NCBI RefSeq assembly: GCF_024521635.1
Contig: NW_026250420.1
Location: forward strand, 124,001 to 188,000
Reading direction: 5' to 3'
Length of the DNA stretch: 64,000 nt
From: Tricharina praecox
Taxonomy: Eukaryota
In this document: piece by piece, positions 1-13,033 of the stretch
How positions within the stretch are numbered: position 1 is the stretch's first letter
How the letters are laid out: each line of letters opens with the position of its first letter
Position numbers and translations under genes: made by a program
The notes under the pieces: model-generated
What the model saw: the letters and a program-made list of their open reading frames with translations, nothing else
Database searches by the model: none
Told to the model about the DNA's origin: nothing

Positions 1-59
1 CGGTCGGTCGGTCTCGGGTGAACTACTCCAACTACTCCAGTGGTGTCGTCGAGACTCGC

Positions 60-425
60 GAAGGAGAAGGAGAAGGAGAAGGGTCGCGTTGAGAAATGAG
101 AAATGAGAAATGAAGGTCGGCCGGTCGGCCTGGTGTTTTTTTCTTTCTTTCTCTTTCTCTTTCTCTTTCTCTTTCTCTTTTGCGGATTTTTTCAAGCAGA
201 GGGGGGGAAAAGAAAAGAAAAGAAAGAAAGAAAGAAAGAAAGAAAGACGGAAGAGAAAAAAGGAAAGAAACACAGATACAAATACTCTACAAACAGAAAG
301 AGAAACAGAAAAAGAAAAGAAAGAAAGAAAGAAAAGGAATGGAAGAAGAAATAGAAACAGAAAGATAAACAGAAAAAGAGAAACGGATGGAAAACGGATG
401 TCGACGGAACGAAAGAAAACAGAAT
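60..425. repeat. Purine/pyrimidine simple repeats (AAGGAG, TTTCTC, AAAG)
   Basis: Directly visible; the ORFs called here are low-complexity artefacts. Confidence 0.9.
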
Positions 426-2099
426 TCGACTATACTATTCGAGTGCGTGGGGGGGGGGGGGGAGATCGACACTCGCACTGGGGGGGGCTCTTCCCCCTCG
501 CACTCTACACACGATTGATAGGTAGCAACATCTTGGTAGATACTACTTCCTTATGCTGGTTGCTGCTCTATGTCGTGCCGCAAACGTGCTCAGCAGGTGT
601 AGTCCACGCGGCAAAAACGAGGCAGTCGTGGACGGGGAGGGGTGGGGGGTTGGGTCGGTGGTGGTGGGTGGTGTGGTGGATGGAAAATTTCCCATAGGCG
701 TTAGCTGCCGGCTAAGATTCCGTTCCGAGACAGAGCAACACGAGAATGCGCGACGATCCCAACTGTGAAGTGAGACTGAGCACCGAGGATTGGCTCGCGC
801 GTCGGCAGCGATGGAGGGAGGATGGAGGGTTATTTTGAGCGAAGAAGAGATTCTGAGGAGGGCAATACTCTAGAGTATGGACGCCCCGACCGACTTGGTC
901 TGTTTCTTCTTCTTCTTCATCTTCTTCTTCTTCTGCGTCTTCTGCGAACGAATACCTCTCGACTAGCAGGCAAGCATGTAGAGTACATATGATGTGTAGC
1001 ACCCATCATCTTGCTCGGGTACTTACGTCTTACATACGATACATACCGTGCTCTAGTTACCTCACATCCGAGTTTCTGCAGGTACATCAGTGTCGGTCAC
1101 TCTACTATATTCGGGTTATTGCGACCACGGGCGGCGGTGGTGTGGGTGCTCATCTGCAGTCGGAAACCCTCGCGATTTGCTCGCGCGACGACCGGTATGT
1201 ACGGGGGCGAGGAGGAGGGTTTGGTACTATGGCAGGCACTGCGGAGAGGAGGGTTTGGTACTATGGTAGGTACTGCGTATGTATCGGGGCGAGGATGGTA
1301 TGGAAGTAAACTACTGCGTATGTATCGGGGCGGCAGGACGGATCATGGAGTAGAGTAGAGAGATGGAGTAGAGCACCTCTGCATACCCAGATGGATGCGC
1401 CTCATGCCCGTCCATCGCGTTGACCGCTCTGCTACCCTAGCAGGCACTCCGCCGATAGGCACGTTACATCGGAGACATACACCTATCTGGAGCACGTACG
1501 GTAGTTGGATGTCAGCTCCGCCCGACGAGCTGTCTGCCTGTCAGAGTCTGTCCGTCCGTACGTCGGAGGCTCGGAGGCTCGCGTCGCGTGGCTCGAGATG
1601 CGATCGACACGTCTCTCGAAGCTTGTTGGTTGGCTTCCTTCGACCGTGAGCATCAGTGCTGGCATGGAGGCTCTGTCTGTCTGCCCGCCCGAGACAGACC
1701 GTCCGTGCTTCAGGTCTTCAGCCTCTGAGTTGTAGAGCCACTGCATGCTGCCACCCATCAGCACTCTGCTCGACGCACCTATTTGCTCTCTCCACGTGCC
1801 ATAGCTGCCTGCTCGACTCTACTCCACCCATGCGGCTGCTGTTTCGAGCTAGCCGAGTGGTTGTGTAGGTGGATGGACCTCGCGTTCTTGACACTTGTCG
1901 GCCGCACCACTCGGCACGACTCGACTCCCTTTCTCGCTCCCTCACGCCCTCGCTCGCCCTCACCTCTCCGAACCTCCCAGTGCTCACTGCTCGCCTCGCC
2001 TCGCCCGCGTCGCCCAATCTCACTTGGAAGACCGATCTGCACCCACCACCACCCGCCACCACCCGCGACCTCCGGCCAAACGTTTGCTTGACTTGCCCT

Positions 2100-2190
2100 G
2101 CTCGCCGCTCACGCTCGCCGCTCACGCTCGCCGCTCACGCTCGCCGCTCACGCTCGCCGCTCACGCTCGCCGCTCACGCTCGCCACTCAC
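2100..2190. repeat. 13-bp tandem repeat (GCTCGCCGCTCAC) x~7 upstream of flbA
   Basis: Directly visible. Confidence 0.95.
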
Positions 2191-3851
2191 CGCTCACAGT
2201 GAGCACAGCACCGAACTCGATCGTCCCTCTCCTGCTCTCCTTCTTTCCTTTTTCCGCCCCCCTCCCCACCCCCGACCCCAAAAGCATAATTTGGCTACTT
2301 GCTCACCCAAGTCCCCACTCAACTCTGCTGGCTCACGTATCGCTCCTGTTGGCTGTGTCGCCTTGAATTTCCTTCAACCCCGTAGACTACTCCCTCCCTC
2401 GCACCCGCAACATCCCTCATCCATACCACCCCCCCAACAACACGCTCCCCAATAACCCTCCTCCCCTTGCTCTCAGACACATCAAACGGACGACGTGTGT
2501 GAATGATCCCCAAATCTTCAACCCAGCAGCCGCCGTTACATAGGATCCCACCCAGCTATCGCAATCGCATGCTCGCTCGCTGCTACTCTGCTACACTGCT
2601 ACGCTGCCCCCCGGTCCCACGTTCCCCCCATCCATCCACCACCGCCTTGCCTGCCTGCCCTTTGCCTGCCATCGCTTTCTCTTGCGCCCTTTTACCGTTT
2701 CCGCGCCCCGGCCACACGAGCCCAGCCCAGCCCCTTCTTGCCCCTCCCACCCCATCGCATCACCCCCCAAATCCCCCATCCCACATCCCATCCATCCCAT
2801 CTCCATCCGCATCCCCATCCCATCCCCCATCCCATCCAGATCAAATACTTCCACACACACACCCCCCACCCGTCGCCTGTCTCGCTTTGGCTGACCGACC
2901 GACTGCCTGCCTGCCTGCCTGCCTGCCTGCCACACTTGCAAACCGCCCCCCCTCCCTCCCCCCCTCCCCATCCCCCCCCCCCAATACACAGTCGTCTCGT
3001 CTGTCCCTGATCCGACGGGTGCCTACTCTGGGTATACCGCTCCGCACTGTGCTGCACTGCTGCACTGAACTGAACTGTACTCCGCTCGGCTCTGTACCGG
3101 CTGCCACTCGCTGCACTGCACTGCACTGCACTGGCTGGAAGCACAGGCAAAGTCCGAATCTTGAGTCTTGATCGTGAGGACCCACTCTGGTGGTTTGAAT
3201 TAGCCACTGCCAGCTACATACTACATACATATCTGCATACGTTCATACATACATTCATCATACATACATACAATTTTACATACTGCTGCTCCACTCCACC
3301 CTACCACTCCATTCCACCCTACCACTCCGCTTCACTCCACCCTACCACTCGATTCATTCCACTGGCCACTGTTCTACTCTGCCATACCCACTCTACTACG
3401 TACCGAGACGGCTAGACAGACAGCTTAGTCCTCACCCTTTGTTGTTTCGTCGGCTGGACTAGGTCCGACGTAGTAGATCTAGCAGAGCGGAAGGACAGGA
3501 GAGTGCCAGACCGGTCCGGCAGTCTGGATAGGAGAGAGAGAGCGTGCGTGTCTGTCTGTCTGTCTGTCTCTGTCTCTGTCTGTGTCTGTGTCTGTGTCTA
3601 TCTCTGTGTGTGTTTTTGTGTCCCAGGTCCAGCTGGAATCCGTCTGTCTATCTGTCTCTCTCTCTGTCCGTCCGTCCGCCTGTCCGTCGTCCGCCTGTTT
3701 GCTTGCTCGTTGGCCCGAGACGTACAAACCCTCCTCATCTCGTAGAGGGACCCGCTACCGAACTGCTTGCTACCGCATACCGGAGAAAAGTACCAGACCT
3801 ATATCCACATCGCTCCTTGGTCTTAGTGGCAGCCCGCCTACATCCCAGTTC

Positions 3852-6800
3852 ATGACGGACCTCACGTTGCAGCCCGGACTTTCCGCCAAACACAGAACCA
3901 GATCCAGACCCACCACCACCACTACTTCCTCCTCCTCCTCCTCCTCCTCCTCCTCCACCACCACCACTACCACCGACGTAACACCCCCCAAGGAAACCAA
4001 TCCTCTCGCAGCGTCACACTGCTCCGACCCAAAAGCAAAAGTCGACCACGTTCTTCCCGCGTTTCCCACTTCTGTTGCCGCTACTGCTCCTCCTGTTTCC
4101 GTTCTTGCTTCTGCTGCTGCTGTTGCTGCCGCTTCCGTCTCTGGTGTCGTCGTCGTCACTTCTTCTTCTTTTTCTTCTTCTCCTTCTCCTTCTTCTTCTT
4201 CTCCTTCTCCTTCTTCTTCTTCTTCATCTTCTTCATCATCATCTTCTGCTGTCGCTACCAGTACCGCTACTACTGCTTGTTCGTCCGCATCTACATCTAC
4301 ATCTACGACTACTACTTCACCTACTGCACCCGCTTCATCTGCCGCGACCATCTCGACTACCATCGCTTTGACTTGTACTCCCACCGCCACCACCTCCACC
4401 ACCGCCATCAGTAGTACATCCGACTGCTCCCACACCTCCCAGGTTCAACAGCCACTGCCACTACCATTGCCTCTTCGACCTTCGCAACCTCACAGCCCTC
4501 ATCCTCCTCCTCCTCCACAACCACTACAACGGCCACTATCATTGTCACGTCACTCTCAACCCCCTCCTCGCACAATCACATTTGAACCTCCTCGCATACC
4601 TCCTCCCGTAGTGCTATTGCCTCCTCCGCCGACCTACCGCCAGTCGCCACGTTGTACTAGTACAGGTCCCGGCTCAAGTTCAGGCCCTTCTTCCTTTTCT
4701 GCTGATCGTCTGTCCTCACTCGCTTCCTTCGTTTCCGAGAAGACGCACCACTACGCCCGTCGCGCCTCCGTCACTCTTTCCGCCTCAACGGTCGCTGCCG
4801 CCTTTTCGACGAACTCCTCCTCCTCCTCGGCGTTCGATCGACATCACCACCGTAACAGTAGCTTGGCCTCGTCGCCGACACCCCACCACAACCACCGTCA
4901 TAACTCCTCCACCTCAACCTTCTACCCCAACACTTCGGACGAACGTATAGCGGTTTCGAAGGCGACACCACCCACCACTCCCACCTTCAGACCGACATCG
5001 TTCCTCTCGAAACGTGCACCGCCGCTCTCCGGATCCTCCTCTGCCACACTCGACACAATTTCTCTCCGAAAACAGAAGAAATCGACTTCGACCGAGAGTC
5101 TGCTCGACTCCGCGGGACGCAACGTCAAGACTCGTGGGAAGGAACCTACGCCTCCTCCCCCTCCGACCAACACCAAAAAATCCGCCGGCCTCTCCGGTCC
5201 GACCAGCAAGATGCATCAGACAAGCTCCCGGTTGCTCAGGATGACGGACGACGATAGGCCTTTCACTCGGGTACGTATTCCTTCCGCTATCGCTGATACT
5301 GTCGAGAGCACCGTGACTGCTCGAGAGTCGAATAGGGCGGTGGAGATTGTATGGTGGTCTTCGTGGTGGTGGTCAGAATAGCATTTTCCAATGTGCCAAT
5401 GGATGGTGATCACGGCTTGCTGCGAGATTGTTGTTACTGTTGTGGTGAATCACGATGGCTGACGTTGGATACGTAGGACTTTAAAGATTTGTTCTCGACG
5501 TTGATCGTCAGTTTACCGCTATCGACGCATCGATTCCGCTTCAAGACGTACCCTTTCTCTTTTGCGTCGGAGGAAGCCATCAACAATCTGGGGTCCCTTA
5601 AATTCTCGCAGTCGAATCGTATGCCCGATCCGAAAGACCCGAGTCGGATCGTGACCACTACCACAACCACCACCTTCTCCATGGCGAAGGAGATGGCTAG
5701 GTCGGTGTGTCAGCGTTTCATGGATGCGCGCTTCATCGAACTGGCCGACGGAAAGACGATGCCCAATTTCCCGCTGAAGGGCTGCTTGTGGCAATTGACG
5801 CCGAAGGGGATCCACATCTTGGAGCGATTCTGCCAGAGGAATGGAATCCAGCAGGAGCACGTGCTGAGACTCCTCAATTCGCCGTTCAACACCATGCGGC
5901 TGGTCATCTTGGAGCGGGACCCGAAGACGGACAAACTCTCGCACGACAAGTTCACGACGGAGGTGATATTCCGTCGCTTCGCTGGGCAAACCCCAAACAT
6001 CAAGGCCAACATCTCGATATCGGACAACGACTCGGTATCGGACTACCAAGACGGCCAGACCGGGGTCAAGTTGGCGGAGTCACGGAAAATCTACGACAAG
6101 GTGATCAAGATGTCCTTCACTGGCAAGTGCGCGGTGGACTGGTTGCTCGACTGTTGTACCACCGTGGAGCGTGCCGAGACGCACGAGATCTGCACGCTGT
6201 TTGTGCAATTCGGCTTGATTCAGTCGGTGTTGGATGACCGGGTGTACATCCAGCAGAATCCAACCGGGAAGGATTTCCAGCCCACCAAGAATGCTGTCTA
6301 CATTGTCACCGACAAGGGGAAGCGGGTGGCCGGATGGATTGAAGCCGAGAGAGTCAGCCTGGGAGATCGCAATGGCGACGGTAATGCTAATGGTACTTCC
6401 GGCCGGGGAACGTCGGCTGTACGGAACCGCGAAGATAGAGGTATGCATCATGCGGTGGTGGTGGGCGGCGACGGCGGTGTAGTTGCCGTGCTTCTTCTTT
6501 CAAGGAATAAACTGACGTGACCGAGCGCGTATAGGTCACACGGACCAACGGGAGACGAATACCACACGTCTACAATCCATCTTGAGCGATCCTGCTCTGC
6601 GATTGCTCTACAGGGAGTTCCTTCGGGAGACGGTCTGCGAGGAAAACTTGACGTTCTATCTCGACGTGACGGAATTCAACAAGAACTTCAATGCGATCGA
6701 CCTGTCGAAGCCTGATGCCGTTAGGGAGACATTGGCTGCTGCATACGGTGCGTTTTGTGCCGCCCATTCGTGATGGTGAAAAAAAAAACTGACTGATTGG

Positions 6801-7203
6801 ATCGCAGGTCTTTACAATGCGTTCCTTGCCCCTGGCTCTCCTTGCGAATTGAACATCGACCATCCCCTCCGGCAGGATATGGCTTCGCGCATGACGCGTG
6901 CCGTTGCAAAAGACGATGCATCAATGTACACTTCCCTCAAGGAAGTTGCTGCACTGTTCGACCGCGCACAGCAGCAGGTATTCAAGTTGATGGCCGGAGT
7001 ATGTACCCTCCTCCCCACTCTGTCGTGCCTTGATGGCTGACTTTTTCCTCTAGGATTCCGTACCCAAGTTCATTCGCACGCACAAGTACCTCGAGGTTGC
7101 CGGCGACATACTAGACGACGAGAGAATCGCGGCCGGAAACGGCCTTCACCGAAGTGCCAGCCGGAGTGCACGATACAACAACAACGGAGGAGACAGCCGA
7201 TAG
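3852..7203 (+). CDS. flbA: Regulator of G-protein signalling, FlbA/Sst2/Rgs1 family (two DEP-type regions plus C-terminal RGS domain), ~978 aa, 5 exons: 3852-5270, 5477-6440, 6535-6747, 6808-6998, 7054-7203
   Basis: The spliced sequence reads MHQTSSRLLRMTDDDRPFTR|DFKDLFSTLIVSL..., ...SFTGKCAVDWLLDCCT..., and RGS motifs ILSDPALRLLYREFLRETVCEENLTFY, G|LYNAFLAPGSPCELNID and FKLMAG|DSVPKFIR. All introns are GT..AG and exon lengths sum to 2937 nt, in frame. The start at ATG 3852 is uncertain because of the long low-complexity S/T/P N-terminus. Confidence 0.93.
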
Positions 7204-8280
7204 TACGAGGGAGATTTATCTGCGTTGCAGTGACATGCCTGTGGATCGATGGAGTGGCTGGTGATATAGATGAGCGAAGGTGTTTTTTCTGATTTTTTTT
7301 TCCTTTCATACTTTCCGTTTCTATTTCCTTTTCCATTTTCTTTGTCTGGGGGGTTTTCTTTCCATTTCTGTTCGAGGTTCATTGGGAAAAGATACTTGGT
7401 TACAATGGGCATGATTACTTTAGTTTGCTGTTTCTCTCTTCGGGGCCATAATGTGGGTACTTGAGTAGGTGAGTTGGGTTTGCTCGCTGAAGAGTGATGA
7501 TGAACGCATGCATTTTCTTTCTTTCTTGTCTCTTTTTCTTCTGGCATGGGGAAGGTTTTGTTTTTTGTTTTTGTTTTTTTTCCTTTGAGTTTTTGCTTTC
7601 AGGTTTTCTTTCCCTGACATTATGGGTTTTGGTTCACATTTATGTTTTTCTCTTCTTTTTTTCTTTTCGCTTTTCCTCTTCGGGTGCATATACTTGTGTC
7701 TCCAGGATACTTCTTTTTTGACCTACCTAGAATGATGCGGGATGTGGGGAGGGTGAGGGAGGTTTTGTCTCGCTCTACATATCATCTAAAAAAACTCCTA
7801 CTGTTCTAAGTTTGTTTGGTGTATTCGAGAATCAGGTCTTCTCGTGAGCCGAGGATGGGTTCGATGGTATGTACTCAGTACTACTATAGTATACCTAGTA
7901 GGTAGTCTTCATTCAGCCTCCGGGCGGGCGTGCATAGGATCTCACTCGCGTGGAGCCCTGAAGTTGCCACGCGTGACGTGGGTTTGTTACCCGGGAAACG
8001 AGCCAAGCCAACTTTAATCCGACCCAACCACCACCAGCACGACGCGACTCCTGCAGCCGACTGCAATCACAACCCCAATCGCAACCAACTCCACGACACG
8101 CACGACACGCACGACCCACGCACGACCCACTCAATTGTAACGGAACGACCAGCAGAATAGGAACAGGAACAGGAACAGGAACAGGGACAGGAACAGGGAC
8201 AGGAACAGGGACAGGAACAGGCCCAGCAAGAACTCTGCCACCGCGCCCGCCCGCCGCCGCCCCCGCAACCTAACCTAACC

Positions 8281-9645
8281 ATGACGTCCCCGCCGCCCGC
8301 CGATGCGCTCCTACTACTACGAGCGTCGGTCGCAGCTTCCGTGTCGCCAGTGCTCACACCGACCAGCAGCCTGGACACAGCGTCGGCGCTGACGTTTCCG
8401 GCGCTATTGCCGCTGTCGAGCGCGCCCACGACGATCCCGCTCAGCACGCTGACGCGCTTCATCAAGGACTCGTCGGCCGTCGACCTGCGCTCCATCTTCT
8501 TCGCGTGGCTGCAGCGCGAGACAACTATTACGGAGTATATCGCCTCCGCGCAGGCCATGGGTGTTACTCACCTCGGCTTCATTGAGCGCCTAGAGCTGGT
8601 TACTTATGTCGAGGGCGGCCAGGAGGAGAGTGATCATATTCTGCCGCTCGCGACGAGGGGTGCGGGTGCTGCTGGTGGTGCTGCTGGTGCAGAGGTGGGA
8701 AGGGGCGCAGGCGCAGACGGCGCGGAGAATAGGCCCGGTGACGGCAAGAGCGGCGGCGCCAGTGCGCTGCTGGGCAAGGTTAGGAATACGGACCCCAGGC
8801 TGCTGGAGATTTATGCCGGCGAGCGCGTCGTTACCAATAGGAATGTTATGTTGAGGGGGATTAAGCCGACGGTATGCATGTCCAAGGATGGCGAGCGGTG
8901 GATGGGTGGATGGATGCACGGACGGACGGACGGATGGCTGACGGCCCCGCAGGATTTCTCCCACGTACGGAAACAGGCTGAAGACTTCATCTCGCGCCTG
9001 CGAGCCGCCGGCGGTAACAACGCCAACGCCAACGCCACCACGAGCATCGGCAAGCCCAACCCGACGTCGTCGCTGCCGACGCGGCCGTCGGCGCCGTCCA
9101 CCAGCAGCGGCGGCGGCGGCAGCGGGGGCAGCAGCAGCAACCGAAAGAAGCGACGGCAAGACCCGATCATCCTGCTGTCGCCGTCGGCCAGCTCGCTCTT
9201 GACGATGGCGAACATCAAGTCGTTCCTTGAGGACGGGGTCTTCATCCCTACGTCGGAGAGCACGAGCACGCCGAGCAACTTCCTTCGTGTGTCGCGGCTG
9301 CTCCCCTCGATCCACGCCAGCACGCCCATCCGCTTCGACGTGGTCGACTCCGCCGACAAGTTCAAGCCCGAGTACTGGGACAAGGTGGTCGCCGTCTTTA
9401 CCACCGGCCAGGAGTGGCAGTTCCGCGCGTATAAGTGGGGGAATCCTGTAGACCTCTTCCGCGAGGTCCGCGGATTCTATGTCGGCTGGGAGGGCGAAAT
9501 GGTCCCGGATACCGTCAGGAAGTGGGGCGGCGTCCAGGTTTTTCAGGTCGAGAGAGGCCGCCGCTTCAGGGATCGCGAAATGTGTGAGAAGTTTTGGGAG
9601 AATGTCGAGAGGTGGATGAAGGTTAAGGGGTGGGGGGGTAGGTAG
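8281..9645 (+). CDS. CDC73: Paf1 complex subunit Cdc73/parafibromin; one 81-nt intron at 8872-8952
   Basis: Motifs LRGIKPT|DFSHVRK, DPIILLSPSASSLLTMANIKSFLEDG, FKPEYWDKVVAVFTTGQEWQFRAYKW and RRFRDRE. The intron is GTATGC...CTGAC...CAG. Confidence 0.93.
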   Translation: MTSPPPADALLLLRASVAASVSPVLTPTSSLDTASALTFPALLPLSSAPTTIPLSTLTRFIKDSSAVDLRSIFFAWLQRETTITEYIASAQAMGVTHLGFIERLELVTYVEGGQEESDHILPLATRGAGAAGGAAGAEVGRGAGADGAENRPGDGKSGGASALLGKVRNTDPRLLEIYAGERVVTNRNVMLRGIKPTVCMSKDGERWMGGWMHGRTDGWLTAPQDFSHVRKQAEDFISRLRAAGGNNANANATTSIGKPNPTSSLPTRPSAPSTSSGGGGSGGSSSNRKKRRQDPIILLSPSASSLLTMANIKSFLEDGVFIPTSESTSTPSNFLRVSRLLPSIHASTPIRFDVVDSADKFKPEYWDKVVAVFTTGQEWQFRAYKWGNPVDLFREVRGFYVGWEGEMVPDTVRKWGGVQVFQVERGRRFRDREMCEKFWENVERWMKVKGWGGR

Positions 9646-9839
9646 TAGGTAGTCGTAGGTAGTCGGGGGGCGGGGGCGTTTCTTTTCCTTCTTCTTTTTC
9701 CTTTTCTCTATGGGATACTCTACTCTAGATCAAGTTGCCTGCGAAGTTTGCGAGTTTAGTTTGCGAATGGTTTTTTTTTTTTTTTTTGGTGTATCGAGTT
9801 GGCTACATACATCATACATAATGGATCAACGATCTTTGC

Positions 9840-10840
9840 TCTTCTCCATCTGCTCCATCTGCTCCATCTGCTCCATCTGCGACGCACAGCTATTCGGTCT
9901 TCGGTCTTCGGTCTTCGGTCTTCGGTCTTCGGTCTTCGGTCTTCGGTCTTAGATCTTGGGTGTGGCCCCAGTCCCCAGTCCCCAGTCCCCAGTCCCCAGT
10001 CCCCAGTCCCCACTCTGGACCGGATCTATGTACATACATACATACACACATACCCGGGGCACTTTTTCCTCTCTCTCTTTCGTTATACCATCCCACTCGC
10101 TCGCTCGCAGAGTCGCACGCCCGCCCGCCCACCCACGGCGGCTGTTTGTTCTTGTTTTTTGTTATTGTTTGTTTAATCAGTGATTTGCTTGCTTGCTTGC
10201 GACCTACCTACACACTCCGACACTCCGTTTCCTCGCCGCCACTGTCAGACCCGACCCGACTGACCCGACTTTCGTCAAGTGGCCCGTGCCCCGATGTGGC
10301 CCGATGTGGCCCGATGTGGCCAGATGGGGCTGCCCCCGCCGTGGCCGTGGCCGGTCCCAGCAAAGCAATGCATGAGCGCACCAAGGAAATGCGGTTGGCG
10401 TGGGGTTGGCGTTGGTTGGCGTGGGTTGGGTTGGGGTTGGGTTGGGTTGGGGTTGGGTTGGGCTGGGCTGGCTGCGTGCCGACTCCTCCTCCTCTGACGA
10501 CGTGGATGTCTGGATGTTTGGACTCTTGATGCGGAGCAAGAAAGAAATAAAGCTGTCGCTCCGTCCCGTCCGGACGGAGGCTCAACTCCGCGGTTCGGGT
10601 TCAGGGTTGGTTACCCTTCCCTTATTCCCCCCGGGACTGGGACTGGGACTGGGACTGGGTGGGGACGGACTGGGACTGCGACGGACTGCGACGGACTTGG
10701 ACGGACTTGGACGGACTTGGACGGACTGGGACGGACTGCGACGGACTGCGACGGACTGCGACGGACTGGACGGGGACATGGCCTGTCACTCACGCTTACA
10801 CTCACACTCACACTTACACTCACACTCACACGCACACTCA
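9840..10840. repeat. Dense microsatellite cluster: (CTCCATCTG)n, (TCGGTCT)n, (CCCCAGT)n, (CCCGATGTGG)n, (GGGTT)n, (GGGACT)n, (ACGGACTGCG/ACGGACTTGG)n, (CACACT)n
   Basis: Directly visible. Confidence 0.95.
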
Positions 10841-10861
10841 CATGAAACGCTCGGTCAGTGC

Positions 10862-13033
10862 CATCCTTAGAGTGGGCTACCAGCAACGGCATCAGCTTTG
10901 ACCACGGGAAAACGGAAGCGATCCTCTTCACCAGACAGCGGGACCCCCCTCAAGCGTCCATCCAGGTGAGGGAGTTGGAAATTCCCTTCAACAAGGAAGC
11001 AACACGCTGGCTGGGGATCTGGCTAGACTCCTAACTTACCCTGAAAGAACATCACTCCATCCGCTTAAACAAGGGAAGGAATGCTATGAACCGGCTGCGA
11101 CGGCTCGCGGGGCAGATGGGTCTATCGCCAGCAAACTGTCGCAAAGTCATGACAGCCTGCGTGCAGTCAGTGGCGATGTACGGGTCCGAACTCTGGTGGC
11201 AGGGCGATGGCATAGGAGCTAGGGGCACGATGGGAAGAGGGTATGACTTGCAGAAACTCATCAATGAAGAAGCCAGGGCGGTCACGGGCAGCTTCAGGAC
11301 CACGAACCAGGGTACGCTCGTTCTGGAGTGAGGACTGCGACCCGTAGAGGTGCAACTCAACAATAGAGATAGACGATTCGCCCTCAGGCTCATCAGCCTC
11401 CCAAAGGGAAACCAGGCCAGACAATTGGTAGGAGCAGACAGTGAGCTCGGACAACGACTGATCATGTTCCTGGACAACCGGAAACGGATGGAAGAGACAG
11501 TACTCCTGGAAGAAGCTCAAGCACTCGATTGCACGGTCACTATGGACGAGGCAGTCACAGCGAAGGCGCATGCATTAGGACCGCAACCCCCAGGGCTCTC
11601 TATGTATACAGACGGATGTCGGACAGACTCCAAAGCTGCCGGCTTCGCTGTCGTCTGGCGCTCCGGCGACGGGTGGAAGGGACACAAAGTCCACATGGGA
11701 TTCGAACAGGAGGCGTACAACGCGGAATGTGCAGCGATCGCCCGGGCACTGAAGACAGCTGCTGGTAGACTCCACACCTTAGAAAGAATCACCATCTACA
11801 CGGACGCGCAAGCAGCTATCAGAAGGATGACTCACGACAACCCTGGCCCCAGCCAGAAGTACGCAATCGAGGCAAGGAAGCATCACGCCACCATCCGTCG
11901 ACGAGAGCCAGGAATCACCATCGAAATCAGGTGGTGCCCAGCATACAAAGATGTTCCCGGGGACGAGAAGGCGGACGAATGGGCTAAGCTGGCAGCTGAC
12001 CACCCGACCGCTCGCGGAGTGGAGGTCACTCGCCACAAGTACCGCTATGGCGCCAGTCAGCCACCACCTGCATCACTGGCATTCCTGCGACGGGGCATCA
12101 TAGAAAGGAAGTGGAAGGAAGCCAAGGCATGGACAGACAGCAAGGTCTCTCACAAAAAGTACCGGTACAGCCGGAAATCCGGCCAAAAACCCGACCCAAT
12201 CCCAGCGACAGCCCCCAAGCGTCTCGCCTCGAGGTTCTACCAACTGAAGACAGGGCACTGCCTCACCGGCCAGTACCTCTATTGGACGACGAACCGCCCC
12301 AATGCCCGCTGTGGCTGGTGCCGGTACAAAACTCAGACTCGGGAGCACCTTTTCAAAAACTGTCTCGAATGGAAAAGTCAGCAAAAGATACTCTGGGCAG
12401 AAGTCAAGAAGCAGAAAAGGAGGGGCAAAGACCGCTTCAAGATCCGGGACCTCTTTGCAGACGAGCGGTGCAGCGAAGCCATCCTTGACTTTCTCTCCTC
12501 CACAGCTGTGGGCAGGCGGATCCCAGAGGACGATGCGGAAGATGCAGCAAGTGAGGTGTCGGAATGGGAGCTGAGGGAGCGGGGAGAGCGAGCGGAGCTG
12601 AGGTGACTCGAGGAGGAGCAGGAGGAGGAGGAGGAAGGCACGGAAGTTGGGGAGCCTGGCGACGTAGATTAGCGGACTATACAGGTGCGGCGGAGGTGGG
12701 AAGACTCACGAGCGGGGGTGAGAGCGGGCAAAGGGTCGGGAGCGGAGGCGCGGGGGTGCGGGCGGGCAGAAGCGCGGGCGGGGGGTCGAGTGCGGACGTG
12801 GGTCGAGTGCGGGTACGGTGGCGAGTGTGGACGAGGGATGAGTGCGGGGGCGGGGGCGAGTGCGCACGGTGGAGATAAACTTCGGGAAAGACCAGGGCGG
12901 AGGGCAGGGAAAACTACATCGGGCCGCTCGGTGCAAGCTGGGTTGGACAGTGGCGTGGAAACGGGGGGGTGAACGGGGCGATATTTCCATGATCCAGATA
13001 GGTCGCATGCAATCAATGATTACACAAAAAAAA
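10862..13033 (+). mobile_element. 5'-truncated, degenerate fungal non-LTR retrotransposon (LINE, Tad1-like): RT C-terminus, RNase H, CCHC zinc finger, GC-rich 3' UTR, short poly-A
   Basis: A single frame 10870-12606 reads EWATSNGISFDHGKTEAILF...RWLGIWLDS* (TAA 11032), then TGA 11329, RNase H YTDGC..YNAECAAI..IYTDAQAAI..EKADEWAK, and CGWCRYKTQTREHLFKNC. It is flanked by an exact 17-bp direct repeat AAACGCTCGGTCAGTGC (10845-10861 and 13031-13047). Confidence 0.92.

Noticed and set aside
103..3745. Numerous ORF-track ORFs upstream of flbA
   Set aside because: They are translations of simple repeats, with no domain motifs or coherent splice structure.
10405..10470. (GGGTT)n as a telomeric repeat
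   Set aside because: Not TTAGGG, short, irregular and internal; an ordinary microsatellite.
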